DNA of 32,392 bases, from assembly GCF_003611735.1 (NCBI RefSeq), contig NZ_RAWG01000081.1, positions 1-32,392 of the forward strand, read 5' to 3'. The notes under the pieces are model-generated. The model did not search any database. It saw only the letters and a list, made by a program, of their open reading frames with translations, and was not told the origin of the DNA. A program made the position numbers and the translations under genes. Shown one piece after another: positions 26,144 to 32,392 of the stretch (position 1 is the first letter of the stretch; every line of letters begins with the position of its first letter). Source of the DNA: Corallococcus sicarius. GTDB taxonomy: Bacteria > Myxococcota > Myxococcia > Myxococcales > Myxococcaceae.

Positions 26144-27238
26144 ATGCGCCGCATGCCCCCGCCCTCCCTGGATGCCCTGGATACGCCCGCCGCCCTCGTC
26201 GACCTGGACCGTGTCGAACGGAACCTCCAGCGCGTCGCGACCTATGCGCGGGAGCACGGCCTGCGCTGGCGGCCCCACACGAAGACCCACAAGACGGCGG
26301 AGCTGGGCGCGCTCCAGGTCGCGGCGGGAGCCTCGGGCGTCACCGTGGCGACAGCCCTGGAGGCCGAGGTCATGGCCCGGGTGTCCGACGACGTGCTGTT
26401 CGCGTACCCGCCCGTGGGAGCACGCCGACTCGCGCGCTTGATGGCCCTGCCCTCTCGCGTGCGGCTCACCGTGGCGCTGGACTCACGCGAAGCGCTGGAG
26501 GGCCTGGCACTCGCGGCCCGGGACGCCGGGCGCACCGTGGACGTGCTCGTGGAATTGGACCTGGGCATGCGTCGGGTCGGACTGCGCACGCCCGAGGACG
26601 CCGTGGCCCTGGCGCGTGTGGCGGCTTCCACACCGGGCGTGGCGTTTCGCGGCGTGACGTTCTACGCGGGCCACCTCCGGATGCCGCAGGCGGAGCTACC
26701 GGCCGCGATGCGGGCCCAATCCCAGACACTGGCGTCGTTCGTGGACGCCCTGCGCGCCTCGGGGCTTCCTCCCGAGGTCGTGAGCGGCGGCTCCACCCCG
26801 ACCCTCTGGCAATCCCATGCCGTGCGCGGACTCACGGAGATCCGCCCCGGCCTCAATGTCTTGAACGACCGCAACAGCGTCACGATTGGTGCGTGTGATT
26901 GGACGGAAGTGGCCTACTCCGTCCTCGCCACCGTGGTGAGCACCGCCGTCCCAGGACAGGTGGTCATCGACGCGGGGGCCAAGGCGCTCGCGAAGGAGGA
27001 AGGGCTGGCGCCGGGGTATGGCGTGCTGCTCGAGCGACCGGAGGTCGTGGTGAAGAACCTGTCGGAGGAGCACGGGCTGCTGGACGTATCCGCCACGACG
27101 TGGCGCCCCCGAATCGGGGAGCGAGTGCGCGTGGTGCCCAACCATGTCTGTGTTTCCGTCCCCCTGCATGCCCGACTGCACGTCGTGCGGGGCGACACGG
27201 GCGTGGCGACGTGGGAGGTCGCCGCGCGCGGCTGGTGA
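26144..27238 (+). CDS. PLP-dependent enzyme of the alanine-racemase-fold D-serine dehydratase-like / D-threonine aldolase (DSD1) family
   Basis: The PLP-lysine region reads LRWRPHTKTHKTAELG. The N-terminal TIM-barrel plus C-terminal beta domain architecture and the VVPNHVC motif near the C-terminus are typical of the family. Confidence 0.65.
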   Translation: MRRMPPPSLDALDTPAALVDLDRVERNLQRVATYAREHGLRWRPHTKTHKTAELGALQVAAGASGVTVATALEAEVMARVSDDVLFAYPPVGARRLARLMALPSRVRLTVALDSREALEGLALAARDAGRTVDVLVELDLGMRRVGLRTPEDAVALARVAASTPGVAFRGVTFYAGHLRMPQAELPAAMRAQSQTLASFVDALRASGLPPEVVSGGSTPTLWQSHAVRGLTEIRPGLNVLNDRNSVTIGACDWTEVAYSVLATVVSTAVPGQVVIDAGAKALAKEEGLAPGYGVLLERPEVVVKNLSEEHGLLDVSATTWRPRIGERVRVVPNHVCVSVPLHARLHVVRGDTGVATWEVAARGW

Positions 27239-27242
27239 AGCG

Positions 27243-28238
27243 TCAGAGGAGCCGCTGCAGCTCCTGGGTGAGCACCTCTTCCAGGTGCCGGATGCTGCGG
27301 TAGACGAGGCAGCGGTAGCTGGACACGTCAAAGCGCAGTTCCTTCACGTCCCGCACCAGCAGCAGCGTGGGCTTTCCCCTGCCCCAGGCGTACCCGACCT
27401 CCAGGTACACATTGGGGTTCGCCAGTGACAGGTCCGCGATGACGACCTTCGCGGTGTCGATGCGGTCCCGGATGCGCTGGATGATGGGGCCGTCGAACGT
27501 GGCCTGGTCCACGCGCTCACACAGCAGGCCCGCGGCCTTCACCGGCCCCAGGATGCCGTAGTGGTAGGTGTCCTCCAGCTCCGGCGCGAACGGCATCGCG
27601 ACGAAGGCATGCGGCTTCTCGTTGGAGTTCGCGCCCGCGGACGCCATGGGCGCCGCCGCGACGAACCGGGCGTTGCGCCGGACGCGGAACCCCATCCCGC
27701 CCAGCAGCGGCTCCACGCCCAGGGTGGCCCCCAGGCCCAGCGCCAGGGCCTTGCGCAGCCGCTCCATGCGCTTGGGATTGAGCTCCACCACGGTGATGCG
27801 CTCCAGGTCGCGCGGGCCGATGCCGCGCTGGAACGCATCCACGAAGCCGCCCACCAGGGCCAGCACCGCCTCGTCCTCATCGAGCCCGTAGTTGGGGCCG
27901 TGCACCGTGCACGCGAGGTGACGGAGGCCGGGTCGGGGCTCCAGGAGCTGGAGCGCCCGGACCGCGAACTGGCGGATCTCGTGGTAGCCGAACTGGCGCA
28001 GGCGCACCGTGCCCAGGAACAGCACCCAGGGAGCCCCCAGGCTTCCCTTCGTCTCGATGATGCGATGGTCGCCCGGCAGCAGCGAGAGGCCCTCCGCCGC
28101 GTGGCCCGCCAGCTCCAGCCGGCGCATCACCGCGCCGTCCGCGCCGTGGAAGCCCTGGGCGTACTTGAGCAGCACGCCGTCCGCGGCCACGTCCCCCACG
28201 TCCCCCACGTCCACGACAACGTCCAGCGTGTCACCCAT
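27243..28238 (-). CDS. Two-domain protein: N-terminal divergent macro-like domain fused to a C-terminal nucleoside 2-deoxyribosyltransferase-like (SLOG/TIR-like Rossmannoid) domain
   Basis: The N-terminal segments align to the macro pattern (GD[IV]..., ...HG.DGAVMRRLELAG ~ HGGGVxxAIxxAAG; GDHRIIETKGSLGAPWVLFLGTV ~ G.A.vT.g.L..kyViHtVGP; LACTVHGPNYGLDEDEAVLALVGG ~ iAFPaIStGiYG.p...aa). The C-terminal segments are HAFVAMPF ... KVVIADLSLANPNVYLEVGYAWGRGKPTLLL, with the conserved Glu in the DxGTxFExGYAxAxGKP-like NDT motif. Confidence 0.55.
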   Translation of the reverse strand: MGDTLDVVVDVGDVGDVAADGVLLKYAQGFHGADGAVMRRLELAGHAAEGLSLLPGDHRIIETKGSLGAPWVLFLGTVRLRQFGYHEIRQFAVRALQLLEPRPGLRHLACTVHGPNYGLDEDEAVLALVGGFVDAFQRGIGPRDLERITVVELNPKRMERLRKALALGLGATLGVEPLLGGMGFRVRRNARFVAAAPMASAGANSNEKPHAFVAMPFAPELEDTYHYGILGPVKAAGLLCERVDQATFDGPIIQRIRDRIDTAKVVIADLSLANPNVYLEVGYAWGRGKPTLLLVRDVKELRFDVSSYRCLVYRSIRHLEEVLTQELQRLL

Positions 28239-28261
28239 GGCCGCGAAGTGTAGCCCCGTCG

Positions 28262-28975
28262 TCAGCCTCCCGCGACCGGCATGAACCGGTTGAACCAGCC
28301 CAGCACCTCTTCCCAGACGCGGCCCCAGCCCGCTTCGGTGAACATGTGCTCTTCGCCGGGATGCTCGAAGTAGCGGAGGCGTTCGGGAGCGCTCGCGTAA
28401 CGCGGCAGGAGCGCGTGATGGAGCTCGCGCGCCTCGTGCGCCGGGACGAGGGAGTCCGCCCCCGCCGTCTGCATCAGCAGGGGCGTCGGGAAGAAGCGCT
28501 CCAGCCGTTCGTGGACCTGGGGCCCTCGGGGCGGCGGAGCGATGATCGCCACTGCCGCGTCGAGCGCCAACTTCGACCCCATGGCCTCGTAGAGGATCGC
28601 ACCGCCCATCGAGATGCCGCAGACGCCCACCGCTCCCGGCCGCGACCCGCCCCGCTCCGCCAGCGCACCGAGCACACGGGGAAGCTCCTCCGCGGTGCGT
28701 GAGACGACTTCGCGGAAGGACTCATCCCAATGGTCGGGGCTGAAGCGGCGCTCGAAGTCGGGATACCGCCGCTCGCCATGCCCCACGGCGTCGAGGATCA
28801 CCGCGAGGTAGCCATGCCGGGCCAGCAGCCGCGCCTCGGGAAGCTGGACCTCCTTCGACCCTCCCAGTCCAGGGATGAGCACGACAGTGCCCCTGGGTCC
28901 CGGGGCCAGGGTCGGCCCGTCGCCCACCACCAGCGCCGGAGCCCCACCCAGCAACATCCTCTGCTCCTGCGGCAT
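28262..28975 (-). CDS. Alpha/beta-fold hydrolase (dienelactone-hydrolase or carboxylesterase-like)
   Basis: The start MPQEQRMLL has a GGAGG RBS. The nucleophile elbow is GISMGG, the Asp lies in GADSLV and the His in EEHMF. A 23-bp gap separates it from the downstream macro-fusion gene on the same strand. Confidence 0.65.
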   Translation of the reverse strand: MPQEQRMLLGGAPALVVGDGPTLAPGPRGTVVLIPGLGGSKEVQLPEARLLARHGYLAVILDAVGHGERRYPDFERRFSPDHWDESFREVVSRTAEELPRVLGALAERGGSRPGAVGVCGISMGGAILYEAMGSKLALDAAVAIIAPPPRGPQVHERLERFFPTPLLMQTAGADSLVPAHEARELHHALLPRYASAPERLRYFEHPGEEHMFTEAGWGRVWEEVLGWFNRFMPVAGG

Positions 28976-29144
28976 CGCGCCTCCAATCCCTTGCATCTTC
29001 CACCAACCTGTCCGCCAAACGCTTACACCGTAAGGGTTTACCCTGAGTCCGCCTGCCTGGTCGGAAGGCATTCCTGCGGATCTCCCGATGGCTGTGAAGC
29101 ATTTCACAGTCACAGGCCCGCCCCCTCGGTAGCGTCCGTGCCCC

Positions 29145-30026
29145 ATGTCCCTGTTCGCGCGCCTGCAGGCCTTGCTGTCCGCCCACCCGTCCGCCCCGGA
29201 AGCTTCCGCCGGACCGGCGTCCGCGACACCTTCCGCCCCGGCGAACGTGACGGAGCCGGAGGTGGCCCCGGCCCCTCCCGTCTGCACGCGCTACCTCCAG
29301 GCGGGCCAGGTGGTGGTGCGCGAAGGCGACCCCGGCAACTCCATGTTCGTCGTGCTGGAGGGACGCGTCGCCGTGCTGCGTGGCAACGACGGCGCCGCGA
29401 ACATGGAGGTGGGCCGCCTGGGCTCCGGGGAGTTCTTCGGAGAGCTGGCGCTGCTCACCGGCACGAAGCGCACGGCCACGGTGGTGACGGTGGAGGACGT
29501 GGTGCTGCTGGAGCTCACCCAGGCCGGCGTCCGGGAGCTGGGCAAGGACTACGGCGTGAAGGGGGACCAGATGCAGCTGGCCGCGAAGGAGCGCCTGCTC
29601 GCGGACACGCTGCGCAGCAACCCGCTCATCGCCGCGCTGCCCCCGGAAGTGCAGCACGAGTTGGGCGACGCCTTCGTCCCCTGCACCGTCCCCGCGGGCG
29701 AAACGCTCCTCACCCGGGGCCAGCCCGGCGACGCGCTCTACGTCCTGCTGCGCGGCCAGTGCGAGGTCTTCCACACGCACAGCGACGGACGCCAGACGTC
29801 CTTCCCCCTGCTGGAGGAAGGCGCCCTGTTCGGGGAGATCTCCCTGCTGAGAAGCCGCCTCGCCACCGCCACCGTGCGCACCGTGACGCCGTGCACGCTG
29901 CTCAAGCTGGAGCGCGAGGTGTTCAGGAAGGCGTTCCTGGGCCAGCCCGACCTGCGGGGCGCCCTGGTGCGCCTGGGCCTGGAGCGGCTCAAGCACACGC
30001 TGGAAGTCATGGGCGAGCCGAAGTAG
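29145..30026 (+). CDS. Protein consisting only of two tandem cyclic-nucleotide-binding (CAP-family cNMP) domains
   Basis: Domain 1 is GDPGNSMFVVLEGRVAV ... GSGEFFGELALLTGTKRTATVVT. Domain 2 is GQPGDALYVLLRGQCEV ... EGALFGEISLLRSRLATATVRT. Both show the classic FGE...R[ST]A phosphate-binding cassette. No output domain follows. Confidence 0.75.
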   Translation: MSLFARLQALLSAHPSAPEASAGPASATPSAPANVTEPEVAPAPPVCTRYLQAGQVVVREGDPGNSMFVVLEGRVAVLRGNDGAANMEVGRLGSGEFFGELALLTGTKRTATVVTVEDVVLLELTQAGVRELGKDYGVKGDQMQLAAKERLLADTLRSNPLIAALPPEVQHELGDAFVPCTVPAGETLLTRGQPGDALYVLLRGQCEVFHTHSDGRQTSFPLLEEGALFGEISLLRSRLATATVRTVTPCTLLKLEREVFRKAFLGQPDLRGALVRLGLERLKHTLEVMGEPK

Positions 30027-30043
30027 CCCCCGGCCGCCCGCGC

Positions 30044-30625
30044 CTACCCGTGGAGCGTCTCGCCTGCCTCGAGCATGGCGACGAACTTCTCCAGCCGCCG
30101 CGCGCGCGTCTCCGGCTTCTTCGCTTCGTGGAGCCGGTACAGGATGGCGTACCGGTTGGCGCTCTTGAGCGTGGCGAAGAACGCCTTCGCCTTCGGGTTC
30201 GCGTCCAACGCGCGCAGCAGGTCCTCCGGGACGACGATGTCCTTCGCCCCCGCGTACGCCGCCTCCCAGCGTCCGTCCGCCCGGGCCGCCTCCACCTGGA
30301 GCAGGCCCGTGGGCTTCATCCGCCCCGCGGCGATGAGGGCATCCACCTTGCCGCAGTTGATCTTCGACCACTTGCTCCGGGCGCCCCGGGGCGTGAAGCG
30401 CTGGAGCCAATACGCGTCGTCGAACGCGTCCTTCTGCCCGTCAATCCAGCCGTAGCAGAGCGCCACGTCCAGCGCCTGGGCATACGTCACCGACGGGATG
30501 CCCGAATCCAGCTTGGCCAGCTTCAACCAGACGCCCGGCGCGTCCACGTGGTGCGTGTCCAGCCACTTCTCCCACGCCTGCTCCGACGCGAACGGCACGA
30601 CGGGGAGCTCCTGCTTCGCCTTCAT
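30044..30625 (-). CDS. YdeI/OmdA (DUF1801-type) family protein
   Basis: YGWIDGQKDAFDDAYWLQRFTPR and the C-terminal KSANRYAILYRL are typical of the YdeI/OmpD-associated family. Confidence 0.5.
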   Translation of the reverse strand: MKAKQELPVVPFASEQAWEKWLDTHHVDAPGVWLKLAKLDSGIPSVTYAQALDVALCYGWIDGQKDAFDDAYWLQRFTPRGARSKWSKINCGKVDALIAAGRMKPTGLLQVEAARADGRWEAAYAGAKDIVVPEDLLRALDANPKAKAFFATLKSANRYAILYRLHEAKKPETRARRLEKFVAMLEAGETLHG

Positions 30626-30719
30626 CCAGTCCCACCTCTCGGAGGAGTTCAGGACACTCCCGCCGACAAAAGTCCCACCGGCAGTCTACCGACGGAAGGC
30701 GGCCGGGGCGGAAGCGGTT

Positions 30720-31481
30720 ATGACGCACGCCATGGCCGACCCCAACTCCCGTCCATCGAATGCCGTGCCTCCCTCGCTCAAGCGCGTGGCCTTCCACGCC
30801 GTGGCGGCCGGGCTCACCCCGCTCATCCCCGTGCCCTTCCTGGACGACTACGCCCTCCGGCAGGTGCGCGAGCAGGCCGTGCGCGACCAGCTCAAGGAGA
30901 AGGGCCTCAAGGCCCCGGACACGGCCGTGGCGGTGCTGGCCGGCTCCCATGAGGCGCGCAGCCTGGGCGGACGGCTCGTGTCCTACCTGAAGGCCGTGGC
31001 CCTCTTCCCGGTGCGCAAGGTGTTCCGCAAGGTCTTCTTCGTCCTCTGGGTGAAGGACTGCGTGGACCTGACGTCCGCGACGCTGCACCACGGCTACCTG
31101 CTGCACCACGCCCTGGAGCGCGGCGACCTGGACGACGCGTCCCTCCAGGGTGACGCGCCCCGGAAGGTGCAGGACGCCATCATCGCCGCCTGCAAGGAGG
31201 TGGACCCCCGCCCCATCAACCAGGCCCTGCGCCGCATCTTCCGCAGCAGCCGGCTGTTGATGGCCGAGGCCACCCGCGCCCTGTTCGATCCGAAGCGCGG
31301 CCCCCGCGTGCCGGACCGCGAGGGCGACAGCGCGGAGGTGCAGTCCCTCACCGACCGGCTCCTCAAGGAGCTGTGGGAGGAGCGCGGCTACTTCACCGCG
31401 CTGGAGGGGCACTACGTCCGGCACCTCCAGGGCGACCCCCAGAAGACAGGCGAGAAGACAGGCGGGAAGACGGGCACCTGA
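30720..31481 (+). CDS. Hypothetical protein (about 253 aa)
   Basis: An internal ATG (MTHAMADP) of track ORF 30498..31481 lies just after a divergent promoter region. Codon usage looks coding, and I recognise no family. Confidence 0.4.
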   Translation: MTHAMADPNSRPSNAVPPSLKRVAFHAVAAGLTPLIPVPFLDDYALRQVREQAVRDQLKEKGLKAPDTAVAVLAGSHEARSLGGRLVSYLKAVALFPVRKVFRKVFFVLWVKDCVDLTSATLHHGYLLHHALERGDLDDASLQGDAPRKVQDAIIAACKEVDPRPINQALRRIFRSSRLLMAEATRALFDPKRGPRVPDREGDSAEVQSLTDRLLKELWEERGYFTALEGHYVRHLQGDPQKTGEKTGGKTGT

Positions 31482-31482
31482 G

Positions 31483-32364
31483 TCACGGGGCCGGAGCGGT
31501 GGCGGTGGTTTCGGGGGCGCGGATGCGCTGGGAGAAGTCGTCCTGCCCCTGCGCGGCCAGCGCGCGCGCGTTGATGTGATAGCGCGCGCGGACCTGCTCC
31601 AGCGGGGCGTCCGTGTCGATGATGCCCAGCTCGTACGCGAGCGCGTCCGCGAACGCGGGCATCAGCGTGCGGTGATCGTAGGGCACGTCCTGGGTGGCCA
31701 CCTTCTCGAAGTGGCGCACCAGGTTGGTGGTGCAGTTGCTGGTGAGCGTGTTGTAGAACTCCGGCGCCGCGTGCAGACCGTTCATCCGCTGCACCATGTC
31801 CAGGAAGAACGCGGTGACGCGCTCCTTGGATGCCTTCACGGGGTACAGGTACACGGCGTCGTGGCGGAAGTTGGAGCGCAGTTGCACGAGGTCGCGCTCG
31901 TCGCCCACGACGTACGCCAGCTCGAAGCGGCGGAACAGGCCGCCCACCGCGGAGAACGTCTCGCCCTTCTCCCGCCGCACCTCCACGGAGAACACCACGT
32001 GGCGGCCGTCCTGGAAGCTGAAGGACACCATCGTGTGCGCCGCGCCGTAGACCCCGGAGAAGGGCTCCACGATGAACGACGCGCCCGTGAGCGCCTCCGT
32101 GTCGTAGGTGGCCGTGTACCAGGCCTCATCCCAGTCCGTGGTGCTCCGGTAGCGGAAGTCGCGCACCTCGTGGAGCGTCACCTGGGAGCCGGCGACCTCC
32201 GCCCACGGCGCCCGCGCCAGGTCCGGCGCCCAGTCCCGCCCATTGGAGGGCTGCACCGTGCGCACCCAGCCATACACGGCCGCGCATCCCACCAGCACCA
32301 CCGCCACGCTCCAGCGCCGGGAACGCCACCGCCACGCGGCCACCGCCGCCCCCAGGAGCCCCAC
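31483..32364 (-). CDS. Membrane-anchored hypothetical protein (possibly DUF4105-like)
   Basis: The N-terminus has a TM helix (WSVAVVLVGCAAVYGW). A conserved-looking soluble domain follows (YTATYDTEALTGASFIVEPFSG ... NCTTNL). The upstream region is truncated by the window end. Confidence 0.4.
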   Translation of the reverse strand: MGLLGAAVAAWRWRSRRWSVAVVLVGCAAVYGWVRTVQPSNGRDWAPDLARAPWAEVAGSQVTLHEVRDFRYRSTTDWDEAWYTATYDTEALTGASFIVEPFSGVYGAAHTMVSFSFQDGRHVVFSVEVRREKGETFSAVGGLFRRFELAYVVGDERDLVQLRSNFRHDAVYLYPVKASKERVTAFFLDMVQRMNGLHAAPEFYNTLTSNCTTNLVRHFEKVATQDVPYDHRTLMPAFADALAYELGIIDTDAPLEQVRARYHINARALAAQGQDDFSQRIRAPETTATAPAP

Positions 32365-32392
32365 GGCGAAGAGGGCCCGTCCCGGGTGGGCC

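Noticed and set aside
28976-29287. N-terminal extension of the alpha/beta hydrolase ORF (MQTGGAGATSGS...)
   Set aside because: It lies upstream of a good GGAGG RBS and ATG (MPQEQR) and has Gly/Ala-rich low-complexity translation. It also overlaps the divergent promoter of the cNMP gene.
28722-30952. Long overlapping ORFs on both strands (562 aa minus, 740 aa plus)
   Set aside because: They overlap the clearly real cNMP-binding and YdeI/OmdA genes. Their composition is R/G/P/A-rich junk and they carry no recognisable domains.

Overview
This is a high-GC (about 70%) bacterial chromosomal segment with very strong GC3 codon bias. The protein repertoire is dense in lipoproteins, secreted hydrolases and cNMP-binding proteins, which is consistent with a myxobacterium; that placement is inferred from composition and content only. 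I call about 33 protein-coding genes on both strands and no rRNA, tRNA or CRISPR. Many long ORFs in the six-frame track are Arg/Gly/Ala-rich antisense shadows of the real genes and are rejected.

Main blocks, in order:
- A phenylalanine-hydroxylase-family gene carrying an unusual C-terminal extension of about 230 aa, followed by a small beta-helix-like hypothetical.
- A four-gene operon: FAD oxidoreductase, hexapeptide-repeat protein, aldo/keto reductase and a DMT exporter.
- A minus-strand cluster of secreted proteins: a Thr-Pro-Asp-Ala-Gly heptad-repeat lipoprotein with two jelly-roll-like modules, a compositionally atypical small Cys/Trp-rich lipoprotein, and an S8 subtilase whose C-terminus carries the same NxGFE module.
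- A Gfo/Idh/MocA oxidoreductase translationally coupled to an erythromycin-esterase-like lipoprotein.
- Two adjacent signal-peptide-less cell-wall hydrolases (an SLT-domain protein and a LysM-unknown-C39-like peptidase), with a divergently encoded secreted Cys-containing protein.
- A 5'-truncated and frameshifted flotillin-like remnant beside two tandem GDSL/SGNH lipase paralogs.
- An rdgC-like gene split into two overlapping ORFs.
- PBP4 (DacB-like) and a secreted prolyl oligopeptidase.
- A D-threonine-aldolase/DSD1-family PLP enzyme.
- The most unusual locus: an alpha/beta hydrolase followed by a macro-like domain fused to a nucleoside-2-deoxyribosyltransferase-like (SLOG) domain, with a divergently transcribed protein made of two cNMP-binding domains and nothing else.

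Several stem-loop terminators and palindromes are visible. Coordinates of internal start codons are estimated from the ORF track and may be off by a few nucleotides.
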